In this document: positions 1 to 10,355 of the stretch, one piece after another | Position numbering within the stretch: the first letter of the stretch is position 1 | Layout: every line of letters begins with the position of its first letter | Assembly (NCBI GenBank): GCA_963663275.1 | Contig: OY760183.1 | Location: 1,952,001 to 2,016,000, forward strand | Direction: 5' to 3' | From: Chloroflexota bacterium | GTDB lineage: Bacteria > Chloroflexota > UBA11872 > VXOZ01 | Length of the DNA stretch: 64,000 nucleotides | Notes under the pieces: generated by a model | Database searches by the model: none | Told to the model about the DNA's origin: nothing | The model's input: only the letters and a program-made list of their open reading frames with translations | Made by a program: the position numbers and the translations under genes

Positions 1-729
1 CAGGGTTTCGCGCTCGATCTTCGCCTGGAGTTCGCTGAAGCGTCCCGCGCGGGCCAGTTCCAGCGCCTCGATGGCCGACTTGGGATTGTAGTTGGCGTTG
101 CTGGAGGTATAGCCTTCCGCGCCGGCCGCAAAGTAGGCGTGCACCATGTCGTCGCCGACGCCCGCCAGCCAGAGCAGCTTATCGCCCACGTAGGAGCGGA
201 TGCGCTGGAACATGCGCACGTCGCCCTGGCCGTCCTTGAACGCCACGATGTTGGGAATATCCGCGATGCGGTCGACCAGTTCCGGGCCGAGCTTGGCGTG
301 ATCGCGGGCGTAGGGGAAGACGCCGAGATTGGTGGCGTCGGCAATCGCCTTGTAGTATTCGTAGAAGCCGTCGTCACTCGCCTGGCCGTAGTAGGGCGGC
401 ATGATCAGCAGGCCGTCCACACCGGCGCGCTCGGCGAATTGCGCCATCTCCGCGCCGACCGCCGGATTGACGCCCACGCCCGCCAGCATCAGGCAGCGGC
501 CGTCAGCCGCCTCCACGGTGGCTGCCACCACGTCCTGCCACTCGGTGAACGTCAGCGAGAAGAATTCTCCCGTGCCGCCGGCCGCCAGCACCGCGGGCGA
601 ACCCTCACGCGCCAGAAAGTCGACGTTGCGGCGCAGGCCGTCCAGGTCGAGGGAATAGTCGTCATGGAACGGGGTTACGGGAAAGGGGATAACGGTGCGC
701 AGGCGTTCGCGCAGTTCCGCCGGACTCAT
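1..729 (-). CDS. DapA/NAL-family lyase, 5-dehydro-4-deoxyglucarate dehydratase-like (3' end outside the window)
   Basis: Manual translation of the minus strand from ATG at 729 gives MSPAELRERLRTVIPFPVTPF...AAGGTGEFFSL...MPPYY...IVAFKDGQGD, with the GxTGE motif and Schiff-base Lys. It is absent from the ORF track because it runs off the edge. Confidence 0.85.
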   Translation of the reverse strand, partial: MSPAELRERLRTVIPFPVTPFHDDYSLDLDGLRRNVDFLAREGSPAVLAAGGTGEFFSLTFTEWQDVVAATVEAADGRCLMLAGVGVNPAVGAEMAQFAERAGVDGLLIMPPYYGQASDDGFYEYYKAIADATNLGVFPYARDHAKLGPELVDRIADIPNIVAFKDGQGDVRMFQRIRSYVGDKLLWLAGVGDDMVHAYFAAGAEGYTSSNANYNPKSAIEALELARAGRFSELQAKIERETL

Positions 730-973
730 CACTGGCTAAAGCTCCTTCTCTAACTCTGTGAGCGATTCGCTGCCATTGCCGTTGAATGGACACCAAAGCC
801 TATCGTACCAATGCGTACGCGCGATTTCCACCTGAGCGCGACCGCTACCGTTTGGGAGAGTGGGGCAAGTAGCGCGGATAATGGGGCAATTCTCAGGCAG
901 CCCTAATACTTAGCGCCTATAATGGACGGGGATTTATGATACTACGCAACCCGCACATGGGAGGGGGCCAAGC

Positions 974-1696
974 ATGAGGCGACTATTCGCGCTCGTATTC
1001 GTATTCGCACTAATTCTCGGTATGGTGGCTTGCGGCGGTGACGAGCCGGAGGTAGAACCGACCGCGGCGCCGGCGGCCACGGCAGCGCCCGCGGCGACGG
1101 CAGAGCCAGCGGCAACCCAAGCGCCGGAGCAAACCGATAGCGACGCGGCGGCCAGGACGGTCTTCACCATCGATCCGGCGCGCTCTACCGCCCGCTATCT
1201 CATCCGCGAGCGTCTTGCCAACGTGGCCTCTCCCGTTGACGCCATCGGCGAGACGATGGACGTTTCCGGCACGATCGTGCTGGACGGGGACGGTAACGTG
1301 GTGAGCGACGAATCGCAGATCGTGGTGGGCTTGGCCAGTCTCAAGAGCGATTCCGACCGGCGCGACGGCTACGTCAGCCGGCGCACGCTGGAAACGGGCC
1401 AGTATCCCAACGCTACGTTCGCGGTGAAGGCGATTCAGGGGCTGCCTTGGCCGCTGCCGACGTCCGGCGAAGTGACCGTGCAAATGGTGGGCGACCTGAC
1501 GGTGAAAGACCAGACCCGCGAGGTAACGTGGGAGACGGTCATCCAGGCCGGCGCCAGCGAGTCAACCGGCGCGGCCAAGACCCAAATCACCTTCGATCAG
1601 TTCGCTTTGGAAAAACCGAGCGTAGCCATCGTCCTCAGCGTGGTCGATGAGATTCGCCTGGAGCTTGACTTTACCGTCGTGCGGCAGGGTGAATAG
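974..1696 (+). CDS. YceI-family lipoprotein
   Basis: Lipobox MVAC, Ala/Pro linker, YceI motifs FTIDPARS and LKSDSDRRD. SD GAGGGG upstream and TATAAT at 918-923. Confidence 0.85.
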   Translation: MRRLFALVFVFALILGMVACGGDEPEVEPTAAPAATAAPAATAEPAATQAPEQTDSDAAARTVFTIDPARSTARYLIRERLANVASPVDAIGETMDVSGTIVLDGDGNVVSDESQIVVGLASLKSDSDRRDGYVSRRTLETGQYPNATFAVKAIQGLPWPLPTSGEVTVQMVGDLTVKDQTREVTWETVIQAGASESTGAAKTQITFDQFALEKPSVAIVLSVVDEIRLELDFTVVRQGE

Positions 1697-1745
1697 ACGC
1701 AGGTGTAGCTATGCGCCCTGTGTAGAAACAAGGCGAACGTAAGAA

Positions 1746-1792
1746 GCCCGACCCGTTCGCACTGAGCTTGTCGAAGTGCGAACGGGTCGGGC
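1746..1792. terminator. 18-bp-stem hairpin (REP family CCGTTCG..CTGAGCTTGTCGAAG..CGAACGG) between convergent genes
   Basis: GCCCGACCCGTTCGCACT - 11 nt loop - AGTGCGAACGGGTCGGGC forms a perfect stem. Confidence 0.75.
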
Positions 1793-1814
1793 GTACCCGC
1801 TTAGTTGAGCCTAC

Positions 1815-2711
1815 CTAGAGTCCCAGCACGCGCTCGGCGTTGCCTTGCGTAATCGCGTGGTACTTCTCGTCCGAATCGCAGTACTCCTTCAGCAACGGCA
1901 GTGTCTGGGACGCGAAGCAGGGGCGTTGTCCCATGCCTTCCCAGTTGCCCTTGCCGTCCAGGCAGTGGCAGTCGGTGGCCCAGAGCAACTGCCGCCAGTG
2001 GCGGTTCACGAACTCCGCGCCGAACTCCGGATCGCGGGAAATCGCGTTCAGGCCGGAACCGGCGGAAAGGTCGCCGTAGAGATTCGGGTACTTGGACAGC
2101 CATTGGTCGCTCAGGCCGCCGCGCACCACCGGGCCCGGCGGGTAGCTGGTGTAGCCCTCGGCCCGCCAGTCGCGGGGCACTTCGGCGCTCACGTTCGCCC
2201 ACCAGGCCTGCGCGTGCGCCACGAACATCGTGTCGGGAAACGCCTCCAGCACCTGGTCGAACTGTTCGAAGTTGTAGTTGTAGTTGCGGTACTCGAAGTG
2301 GAGCAGCACCACCCAGCCCAGCTTGCCGCAGAGTTCGTAGATATCCATGCTGTCCGGATGGTCCACCGGCAGCCGCACCTTATGCTCGCCGAAGCCCATG
2401 CAGCCGGCCTCGTGGTAGCGGCGGATTTCATTCAAGACGTCAGGGTGCAACGGGTCAACGTGGCAGAACGGGATCACCACGTCGGGAAAACGGTCGTAGG
2501 CTTGCAGCGCCAGGTCGGTGCGCATGGCCGACTGGCGCTTGCCCCAGTTCTCCTTGGCCATGGCCGTGCTGTTGCCCTCATCGATCGGCAGCACCACCGC
2601 CTTGCCGCCGCCGTGGGCCTCGATGTGCGCCACGATGTGCTCGCCAATGCGCGGGTTGCCGGCGTCGTGCTCCGTGGGCACCATCACGTGCTGATGAAAG
2701 TCAATCGGCAT
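1815..2711 (-). CDS. Amidohydrolase family protein (Amidohydro_2-like)
   Basis: N-terminal IDFHQH, then GFGEHK, LLHF, VAHA, DLSAGSG and LWATD. Confidence 0.85.
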   Translation of the reverse strand: MPIDFHQHVMVPTEHDAGNPRIGEHIVAHIEAHGGGKAVVLPIDEGNSTAMAKENWGKRQSAMRTDLALQAYDRFPDVVIPFCHVDPLHPDVLNEIRRYHEAGCMGFGEHKVRLPVDHPDSMDIYELCGKLGWVVLLHFEYRNYNYNFEQFDQVLEAFPDTMFVAHAQAWWANVSAEVPRDWRAEGYTSYPPGPVVRGGLSDQWLSKYPNLYGDLSAGSGLNAISRDPEFGAEFVNRHWRQLLWATDCHCLDGKGNWEGMGQRPCFASQTLPLLKEYCDSDEKYHAITQGNAERVLGL

Positions 2712-2816
2712 GGTCTGCTCGCCTTTCTACATCCAGGCAACGCCTGTGTTTCCTGCTCTATCCCTTCGGCGCGGTATCGTGTCCGCGTCCGGCCGGCAAA
2801 CCGGATGCGCGGCGGC

Positions 2817-3806
2817 TCATGGGGCAATCTTCTGCGGCCGTCCGGTTTCAATCGCTGTGAAGAAGGCGTGGGCCAGCACCGTGGCGCGGCGTCCGGCGTA
2901 CTGGTCGGCGCCTATGGCCCAGGGTGCGCCGGTGTTCAGGCCGTGGACGAACTCGGCGAGTTCCTGCCGGAGTCCTTCCGGGTCGTCGTCGTCCGGGGCG
3001 CGGCGTTCGCCGGGGTCGGTGACGTTCGCGCCGGAGACCGTCGCCCGGTGGAGGCGGTCGTAAAGTTGCACGCTCGTGCCGTTGTCGAAGACTTCGAAGA
3101 AGAACTTGGAAACGGCGTGGCTGTCCGCCGCGTCGCCCTGGACGATGCTCGCCGCCGCGCCGTTGCCAAAGCGAATGACGCCGGCCATGTTGTCGGGGTA
3201 GGTCTTGTTCTCGTGGGTGTAGTTGCCGCCGGCGGCGAAGACCTCCACCGGCTCCGACCCGGCCAGGTAGCACACGAGATCGAACGTATGGCAGCCCTGG
3301 GAGAGGATATTGCCGCCGCCCTTGACCGGATCCACCGCCCAGCTTGTATCGCCCCAGCGGTTGCACATCATCTGTCCCACCAGCAGGAACGGTTCCGGCA
3401 CCAGCCGCCTGGTCTCTTGGATGAGCGGCGCGAAACGCAACTTGAAGCCCGTCATCAGGCGAACGCCGGCCGCTTCCACGGCCTCCACCAGCGCGTCGCA
3501 CTGGGGCACGGTCATGGACATGGGTTTTTCCATGAGGATGTGCTTGCCCGCTGCCGCCGCCGCCACGCCCAGGGTTACGTGGGTGTCATGGTGGGTGGAG
3601 ATGAGCACGGCGTCGATGGCGTCGTCGTTCAGCACTTTGTTGGCGTCCGCCGTGGCGTACGCGCCGCCAAACTCATCGAGAAACCCTGTGGCGGCGTCCG
3701 GGAAGACGTCGGCGTAGCCGTGCAGGCGGACGCCGTCCATGTCCACCGCGTTGTTCATGTGGCTGCGGGCCATGTTGCCGCAGCCAATCACACCCAGCGT
3801 AATCAT
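2817..3806 (-). CDS. Gfo/Idh/MocA family oxidoreductase
   Basis: GVIGCG Rossmann motif, MEKP, GGGNILSQGCH. Confidence 0.9.
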   Translation of the reverse strand: MITLGVIGCGNMARSHMNNAVDMDGVRLHGYADVFPDAATGFLDEFGGAYATADANKVLNDDAIDAVLISTHHDTHVTLGVAAAAAGKHILMEKPMSMTVPQCDALVEAVEAAGVRLMTGFKLRFAPLIQETRRLVPEPFLLVGQMMCNRWGDTSWAVDPVKGGGNILSQGCHTFDLVCYLAGSEPVEVFAAGGNYTHENKTYPDNMAGVIRFGNGAAASIVQGDAADSHAVSKFFFEVFDNGTSVQLYDRLHRATVSGANVTDPGERRAPDDDDPEGLRQELAEFVHGLNTGAPWAIGADQYAGRRATVLAHAFFTAIETGRPQKIAP

Positions 3807-4028
3807 CGCGTCTCTCCCCTGCTCAGGGCTTCGTACCGCCGCGCGGCCCGGGCGCGCTGGTCCGCAAATCAGCCAAGCAGGCGCACGCAGTTCGCGCTTA
3901 GTGTGAGCATATCATAGCCGGATGGTTGCCGTGATGCATAACGACGCGGGTCGGCGTCGGGTGCGCCAGTGATTGCGCACAGCGGTCTCCCAGGTAGAGC
4001 ATCGGTGGACATGGGGAGAATTACCCTC

Positions 4029-4065
4029 TTGACACGGCGCAATCAACCACAATATGTGGTATGAT
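4029..4065 (+). promoter_or_regulatory. dnaG-rpoD promoter region with NrdR-box-like palindrome
   Basis: TTGACA at 4029-4034. The palindrome ACCACA-ATA-TGTGGT at 4046-4060 abuts TG-G-TATGAT, an extended -10. Confidence 0.5.
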
Positions 4066-4138
4066 GGATGTAGTATCGTTCCGGGATTGCTGCCGCGAAT
4101 GCGGTAATGGTCACCTGGGGAGAGGAAACGTCTAACAC

Positions 4139-6013
4139 ATGCCCTTGCCGGTTGAGGACGTAAAGACGCGCGTCTCCGTGGTGGACGTCGTAAACGCGGC
4201 GGTGCGGCTGCAACAGAGCGGCCGCTACCTCAAGGGCTTGTGCCCGTTTCACGAGGAGAAGACGCCCTCGTTCTTCGTCTTCCCGGAGCGCGGCACGTGG
4301 CGCTGCTTTGGCTGCGGGCGGGGCGGCGACGTGATTTCGTTCGTGATGGAGCGGGAGCAGGCTACGTTCGTGCAGGCCGTGGAGTCGCTGGCCCGCGAGG
4401 CGGGCATCGTGGTCTCGCCGCAAGAAGAGCGCAAGCAGAGCCGCTACCGGTTGCTCGCCCAGATCAGTCAAGAGGCGGCGCAATTCTACCACCGCCTGCT
4501 CCTGGAGTTGCCCGAAGCGGCGCGGGCGCGGTCGTACCTGGCGGAACGCGGCATCGATCAGGAGAGCATCGAACGCTTCACGCTGGGCTACGCGCCCAGC
4601 CGCTACGGCACCGTCCGCGCACATCTGGTGCAATTGGGTTTCGCGCCGGAAGACTTGCTGGCGGCCGGCCTGCTCACCCAGGACGACCAGAGCGACCGCG
4701 GGCCGTACGAACGGTTTCGCGGGCGGATCATGTTTCCCATTCGAGACTCGCGCGGCCGGTTTCGCGGCTTTGGCGCGCGCACGCTGAGCGCCGAGATCCA
4801 GCCGAAATACCTCAATACGCCCCAGACGCCGCTCTTCGACAAGAGCGGGCTGCTCTACGGCCTGGACCTTGCCCACCAGTCCATCCGCGAGCGCAAGCAG
4901 TGCGTCATCGTGGAGGGCTACACGGACGTCATCATGGCGCACCAGCACGGCGAGAGCAACGTGGTCGCGAGCATGGGCACCGCGCTGACCGAGAAGCACG
5001 TCAAGGCCGTGAAGAGCCTGACCACGAATCTCATCCTGGCGCTGGATCCCGACGCGGCCGGCAGCGCCGCCACCCTGCGGGGTGTGGAGGTGGCGCGCCG
5101 CGCGTTCGACCGGGTGGACACGCAGATTTCCGTAGGCGACATCATGCGGTTGGAGAGTACTCTGGATGCGGACATTCGCATCGCCGTGCTGCCGGACGGC
5201 AAGGACCCGGACGAGGTGCTGCGCGAGGGTGGCGGCGCGTGGCAGAACTGCATCAGCAACGCGGCGCCCTTCGTGGACTATGCGTTTCGGATGATCGCGC
5301 GGCAGCACGACCTTAGCAGCGCCCAGGGCAAGCGCCGGGCCGTGGAAGCGTTGGCCCCGCTCATCACGGACGTGGGCGACCCCGTGGCGCGGCAGGACTA
5401 CCTCACGCGCCTGGCGCAGGTGCTCGACCTGGGCGTGCAGAGCGAAGTGCTGGCCAATCTGATGCACGCGCGGCGGGCAGGCGGGCGGCCGGCGGCGTCG
5501 AAGCGCCGGAACGGCGAGGAGCAGCCGTCAACGAACGGGCAAGAGCAGGCGGCTGACGGGCTGGAACAGTATTTGCTGGGGTTGCTTAGCGTGTATCCCC
5601 AGGCGCACGGGCTCGCAACGGAAATCATCGACGCGCAGGACTTTCGTCAGTTGCTCCACCGGCAAGCGTATGAGCATTTGCTGGAGGCGCAAGAGAATCA
5701 GTCCAGCTCGCTGGACTTGCCGGATAGAAAGAATGTGCTCGACCTGCTCGGCCGGTTGCGGGAAGAGCGCGGCGCGGAGCCGTCTATCGACGAAGAGTAT
5801 CTGCGTCCCGCGGTAGTGGCCGCGGCCTTGCGGCTCAAGCGCCGCAACGTGCAGGAGGAGTACGAAGACCTGCAACTGCTCCTGGCAAGCGAGCGCGCCG
5901 ACGAGAACAAGGGGCTTAGCACACAGATCCGGGAGGAAATCCGCAGGAACGGCGAGCAGTTGCGCCATATCAACCGGGCGCTCGAGCAGACGAGTTTCAT
6001 CCGGGCGTCGTAA
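4139..6013 (+). CDS. dnaG: DNA primase
   Basis: CHC2 Zn finger [56 protein letters not shown]. Confidence 0.97.
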   Translation: MPLPVEDVKTRVSVVDVVNAAVRLQQSGRYLKGLCPFHEEKTPSFFVFPERGTWRCFGCGRGGDVISFVMEREQATFVQAVESLAREAGIVVSPQEERKQSRYRLLAQISQEAAQFYHRLLLELPEAARARSYLAERGIDQESIERFTLGYAPSRYGTVRAHLVQLGFAPEDLLAAGLLTQDDQSDRGPYERFRGRIMFPIRDSRGRFRGFGARTLSAEIQPKYLNTPQTPLFDKSGLLYGLDLAHQSIRERKQCVIVEGYTDVIMAHQHGESNVVASMGTALTEKHVKAVKSLTTNLILALDPDAAGSAATLRGVEVARRAFDRVDTQISVGDIMRLESTLDADIRIAVLPDGKDPDEVLREGGGAWQNCISNAAPFVDYAFRMIARQHDLSSAQGKRRAVEALAPLITDVGDPVARQDYLTRLAQVLDLGVQSEVLANLMHARRAGGRPAASKRRNGEEQPSTNGQEQAADGLEQYLLGLLSVYPQAHGLATEIIDAQDFRQLLHRQAYEHLLEAQENQSSSLDLPDRKNVLDLLGRLREERGAEPSIDEEYLRPAVVAAALRLKRRNVQEEYEDLQLLLASERADENKGLSTQIREEIRRNGEQLRHINRALEQTSFIRAS

Positions 6014-6093
6014 TCGTCACTATTGGCAAGAGACATTTCCAAGACGAAGGTAGCAGGCACAGTTCGCACGGGGAGACCTGTGAAGGAGGAGCA

Positions 6094-7392
6094 ATGGCAG
6101 CGCAATCGACCGGAACCGCGGTAAAGAAGAAGACAGGAAAAGAAGCGCCGCCCGCGCAGGGAGCGGCGGCCGCAGAAGCCGAAACGATCGAACTTGAGAT
6201 TACCGAGGAAGACATCCGCAAACTGGTGAACCGCGGCAAGCGGCGCGGCCACCTGACCCAGGAAGAACTGCTGGAGGCGTTCCCGGACATCGAGGCGGAT
6301 AGCGAAGAAGCCGAGGAACTCTTTTCGGTCTTTTCCGATCTCGGCCTTCAGGTGATTCCGGCCAGGGAAGTGGAAGAAGACCCTGAAGAGGAAGAGCCGG
6401 CTGCGCCCAGCGTGCCGGAGATGGTGGCGCTGGAGCGGGCGGCGCTCAAGGCGGCAAAAGGCGGAGAAGAGGATACGGGAACGCTGGACGACCCGGTGCG
6501 CACCTATTTGCGCGAGATTGGGCGCGTGCCGCTGCTCACCGCCGCGCAAGAGGTCATGCTGGCCAAGCAGATGGAGAACAGGCTGTTCGCCGAGGAAAAG
6601 CTCCAGAACCGCGAGGGCATGAGCCTGGACGAAATCCGGCGGCTGGAGCGCACCGTGAAAATCGGCGTGGAGGCGCGCAAGCGGCTGACGGAAGCGAACC
6701 TGCGCCTGGTGGTGAGCATGGCGAAGAAGTACGTGGGGCGCGGCATGTCGCTGCTGGACCTCATCCAGGAAGGCAACATCGGCCTCATCCGGGCGGTGGA
6801 GAAGTTCGACTTCCGCAAGGGCTTCAAGTTCAGCACCTACGCCACCTGGTGGATTCGCCAGGCCATCACGCGCTCGATTGCCGACCAGGCGCGCACGATC
6901 CGCATCCCCGTGCACATGGTGGAGACGATCAACAAGCTGGTGCGCATCTCCCGGCGTCTCGTGCAGGAGAAGGGCCGCGAGCCGACGTCCGAGGAGATCG
7001 GCGGCGAGATGGGCATTCCGGAGTTCAAGGTGCGGGAGATCATCAAGGTCTCGCAGGAACCGGTGAGCCTGGAGACGCCCATCGGTGAAGAAGAAGATAG
7101 CCACCTGGGCGAGTTCATCCCCGACGAGGCGACCATGTCCCCGGCGGACGCGGCCTCTTACCAGATGCTGCGCGAACAGGTGGAAGCGGTGCTCAACTCC
7201 CTCTCCGAGCGGGAGCGCAAGGTGCTGCGGCTGCGCTTCGGCCTGGAAGACGGCCGCACCCGCACGCTGGAAGAGGTGGGGCGCGAGTTCAACGTCACCC
7301 GCGAGCGCATCCGCCAGATCGAGGCGAAAGCCCTGCGCAAACTGCGCCACCCGGCGCGCAGCCAGAAGCTGAAGGACTACCTGGATCTGTAG
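6094..7392 (+). CDS. rpoD: Primary sigma-70 factor
   Basis: [56 protein letters not shown]. Confidence 0.97.
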   Translation: MAAQSTGTAVKKKTGKEAPPAQGAAAAEAETIELEITEEDIRKLVNRGKRRGHLTQEELLEAFPDIEADSEEAEELFSVFSDLGLQVIPAREVEEDPEEEEPAAPSVPEMVALERAALKAAKGGEEDTGTLDDPVRTYLREIGRVPLLTAAQEVMLAKQMENRLFAEEKLQNREGMSLDEIRRLERTVKIGVEARKRLTEANLRLVVSMAKKYVGRGMSLLDLIQEGNIGLIRAVEKFDFRKGFKFSTYATWWIRQAITRSIADQARTIRIPVHMVETINKLVRISRRLVQEKGREPTSEEIGGEMGIPEFKVREIIKVSQEPVSLETPIGEEEDSHLGEFIPDEATMSPADAASYQMLREQVEAVLNSLSERERKVLRLRFGLEDGRTRTLEEVGREFNVTRERIRQIEAKALRKLRHPARSQKLKDYLDL

Positions 7393-7431
7393 AAGACTAG
7401 CCGCCGCGCCGCCGGAGTGTTGTCAGGAATC

Positions 7432-8499
7432 CTATTGGGCGCGCGCGGCGCCCGCGCTGGCAGTCTGAGCCGTGTTTTCCTTTGCGATGTTCTCCAGCCG
7501 CGCGCCCGCGACGGGGCGCAACCGGAGGATGCGCGCCGCACCGGCCTGGCTGAGTATGGCGCCGAGGTGTTCCGGCTCCGGATGCAGGGCGATGATGGTG
7601 CCGCCGTCGCCGGCGCCGGCTAACTTGGCCCCCAGCGCGCCGTTGTCCAGGGCGGCTTGAATGAGGCGCTCGTTGGCCGCGCCGGAGCCGCCGAGATCCC
7701 GCTGGATGGAGTGGTTTTCGTTCATCAGCGCGCCCAGGCGCGTCCAGTCCGCTTCCAGCAGGGCTTTCTTGCCCTCCCGCGCCAGGCGTCCAATGGCCAC
7801 GTAGGCCTGCACCACCTCCCGCTCGCCTTCCAGCCAGCGTTCGCGGATGGGTCTGTGCACGACCCCGGCGCGGTGTTCCACGCCGGTATGCGCCAGCACG
7901 AACGGCAGTTCAGGCACGAGTCCCTCCAAAGATTCCACCGCGGCATACGGTTCGCTGTGCACTTCCCGGTAGAACTCTTTGTCGCGGAAGTCCATGTAGT
8001 TGAGGCCGCCGAAGGTGGGCATATAGAAGTCGTGATAGCCGCAGATGACGCCCATGTCGTTTAGCTCGATGCCCCGGGCGGTTTCCGCGAAGAGATACGC
8101 GCTCATCGTTCGACCGCGGTAGGCGTTGAGCGCGTACAACGCGGCCACGACCAGCGACGAGGAACTGGAAAGGCCGGAACCGATGGGCACGTCGCTCCAA
8201 CACGTGAAGTGGGCTTTCATGCCCAGGCACTGCTGCTGGGAAATGACGGCGCGCAACACGTCGAAGTGGTCACCGCGCTGCCGCAGGTCGTCCCGCGTGC
8301 GCACGGTGACTTGGCCCTGGTCGGATTCGAGGATCAGCCGGTCCGCCGGGCGGATGGAGACGTAGCCGCGCTGGGGGATGGTGCAGGAGAGCACGCTGCC
8401 GCCGTACATGTCGGTGGGGTTGCCGATGATGCCGCAGCGCCCGGGCGCGGAAGCAACGACGGCCGGCGGCGCGGTGTCTTGAATCTCACCAAGCGTCAT
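7432..8499 (-). CDS. GHMP-family sugar kinase (glucuronokinase/HddA-like)
   Basis: APGRCGIIGNPTD, P-loop PIGSGLSSSSS, GAKLAGAGDGG. Overlaps galU by 4 nt. Confidence 0.85.
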   Translation of the reverse strand: MTLGEIQDTAPPAVVASAPGRCGIIGNPTDMYGGSVLSCTIPQRGYVSIRPADRLILESDQGQVTVRTRDDLRQRGDHFDVLRAVISQQQCLGMKAHFTCWSDVPIGSGLSSSSSLVVAALYALNAYRGRTMSAYLFAETARGIELNDMGVICGYHDFYMPTFGGLNYMDFRDKEFYREVHSEPYAAVESLEGLVPELPFVLAHTGVEHRAGVVHRPIRERWLEGEREVVQAYVAIGRLAREGKKALLEADWTRLGALMNENHSIQRDLGGSGAANERLIQAALDNGALGAKLAGAGDGGTIIALHPEPEHLGAILSQAGAARILRLRPVAGARLENIAKENTAQTASAGAARAQ

Positions 8500-9386
8500 A
8501 ACGTTGCCGCTTTGCGCCGCAGGTGCTGGCGCACCAGGTAGCCGTACTTTTCATCGGAGAGCGCGAAGTCGATGAAGGCCTTGAAGTAGGTCTCGAAATT
8601 GCCGATGTCGTAGCGCACTTCTTCCGGAGCCAGCGCCACGCAGCGCACCAGTTGCTGTTGCTTGATGAGCACCTCGATGGAGTCGGCCAGCCAGAGTTCG
8701 TTCGCCTTGCCGGGCAGCGTGAGCCGGATCGCCTCGAAGATCTCGCGGTTCATCACGTAGCGGGGCACCACCGCGTAGGTGCTCGGCTCCGAGCCGCGCG
8801 GCGGTTTTTCCACGATGCCCTCAATGGAGAACTCCCGCTCCGGCGTCTCTTTGGGCCTGACCACGCCGTAGCGGTGCGCGTCTTCCGGGGCCACTTGCTC
8901 CACGGCAACCGTGCAGGCGGCGCCGCTGCGCGCGTGGCTCTCGATCATGCGCTTCAGCAAGTTTCCTCCCTTGATAATCGTATCGCCAAAGGCCACCACG
9001 AAAGGCTCGCTGCCGACGAACTCCCGCGCCAGGCGCACGGCGTCGGCCTGGCCGGTCTGCACGCTCTGGCGGGTGTAGAAGACGTGGAGCAGGGTATCGA
9101 AGTTCGGCAGTTGCTCGCGCAAGGCCAGATCATCGACGCTGCCGAGGCGGTCTTCCAGGTCGGGATCGCGGTCGAAGTGGTCTTCGATCGAGCTCTTCTT
9201 GCGTCCGGTGACGAAGAGCACCTGATCGATGCCGGCCTGCTCCATCTCCTCCACCACGTACTGCACCACCGGCTTGCGGCCGACCGGCAGCATCTCCTTG
9301 GGCTGAGACTTGGTGGCGGGAAGCAGCCGCGTGCCGAGTCCGGCAACGAGAATGACGGCCTTAGAGACGGGGGAGGGCTGTGTCAT
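8496..9386 (-). CDS. galU: UTP--sugar-1-phosphate uridylyltransferase
   Basis: KAVILVAGLGTRLLPATKSQPKEMLP, VEKP, YDIG. Confidence 0.88.
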   Translation of the reverse strand: MTQPSPVSKAVILVAGLGTRLLPATKSQPKEMLPVGRKPVVQYVVEEMEQAGIDQVLFVTGRKKSSIEDHFDRDPDLEDRLGSVDDLALREQLPNFDTLLHVFYTRQSVQTGQADAVRLAREFVGSEPFVVAFGDTIIKGGNLLKRMIESHARSGAACTVAVEQVAPEDAHRYGVVRPKETPEREFSIEGIVEKPPRGSEPSTYAVVPRYVMNREIFEAIRLTLPGKANELWLADSIEVLIKQQQLVRCVALAPEEVRYDIGNFETYFKAFIDFALSDEKYGYLVRQHLRRKAATL

Positions 9387-9427
9387 GGGAGAAGGGACTC
9401 CGGCGGGAGGACAGGCATACTGCCCTT

Positions 9428-9456
9428 AATCTAGCGCGGCTTTGGCGGGCTGTCAA
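9428..9456 (-). promoter_or_regulatory. Sigma-70 promoter for the galU-kinase operon
   Basis: Minus strand reads TTGACA-17 nt-TAGATT. Confidence 0.65.
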
Positions 9457-9593
9457 CGTTGTGGTTGCGCGCGCGGTCAGATGTATCGCTTACGCTTCAG
9501 CGGTCATGCGTTCCGCGCCGGCGGCTTCAGCAGCAAGGCTTCGAGTTGCGTGCTCCCAAACTCGATACTTGCGGCAAGCGCATTCTCCCATGG

Positions 9594-9879
9594 GAGACCT
9601 TTGCATAACGCTGCCGAACGAGCGAAACTTGGTCGAAACTGCGCCAATTCCCCCCCACCCCGGCCCTCTCCCCAGGGAGAGCTGACAGGGGTAGGCATTC
9701 TACATCCGACTTCACGTGTCATTCCGAGCGGAGCGTAGCGGAGAGAGGAATCTAAGGCTCTCGCTGCAAAAACGTCGGTTCTAGATTCCTCGCTCCGCTC
9801 GGAATGACACTTGCCTACCCCTGTCAGCCCCAGGGAGAGGGAGTCTGAGCACACGCCGACGAGTTTACGCAAAGGTCTC
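9594..9879. mobile_element. Nested non-autonomous MITE/REP composite with four layers
   Basis: Outer TIRs GAGACCTTTGCATAA / TTACGCAAAGGTCTC are flanked by a CATGG direct repeat. Inner TIRs CTGACAGGGGTAGGCA (9682-9697 and 9812-9827) are flanked by the 12-bp duplication CCCCAGGGAGAG. The innermost pair is GTGTCATTCCGAGCGGAGCG and its inverted copy. Confidence 0.8.
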
Positions 9880-9942
9880 CATGGAAAGCACAATTGTCAA
9901 GGGATGTGCCAGTCGGCTATGATGGGAGTGAAAGGAGAGGGC

Positions 9943-10212
9943 ATGATGGATGTCAATGGAGAGTTCATTATCACGCTGGTGGTTACCGTAGGCGCAATTG
10001 CCGGGCTGTTGTGGCGCTTGGAGACCCGTATTTCCGCTGTAGAGTCGCGCCTGGAAACGAGAATATCCGGCGTAGAGACGCGGCTCGGTGATCGTATTTC
10101 CGAGGTCTCCGATCGCGTGTCCCGCATCGAGGGACTGCTTGAGGGTTACTTCATGCAGGCGAGCAAGAAGGACTCAGGTGACGGAAACGGCAAAGGAACG
10201 GGCAAAGCGTAG
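9943..10212 (+). CDS. Small membrane-anchored coiled-coil protein with 11-aa repeats
   Basis: SD AAGGAG and promoter TTGTCA-18-TATGAT (9894-9923). An N-terminal TM helix is followed by RLETRISAVES / RLETRISGVET / RLGDRISEVSD. Confidence 0.7.
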   Translation: MMDVNGEFIITLVVTVGAIAGLLWRLETRISAVESRLETRISGVETRLGDRISEVSDRVSRIEGLLEGYFMQASKKDSGDGNGKGTGKA

Positions 10213-10355
10213 AACGACTCATGGCGAAGTCTACCTACATGCTACGCTATCTCCCGCAGAGCCCATCCACGCGCGCCTAGCGGCCCTGGCGCATTCCTCC
10301 GTTAGCCGTTGAATCTTCCCCGCAAGAGACGCAAGGTCCAAAGCGCGCGTCCGCG

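Noticed and set aside
1845-7350. Long antisense ORFs (for example 1845-3917 + and 5698-7350 -)
   Set aside because: They are stop-poor shadows of real high-GC genes on the opposite strand.
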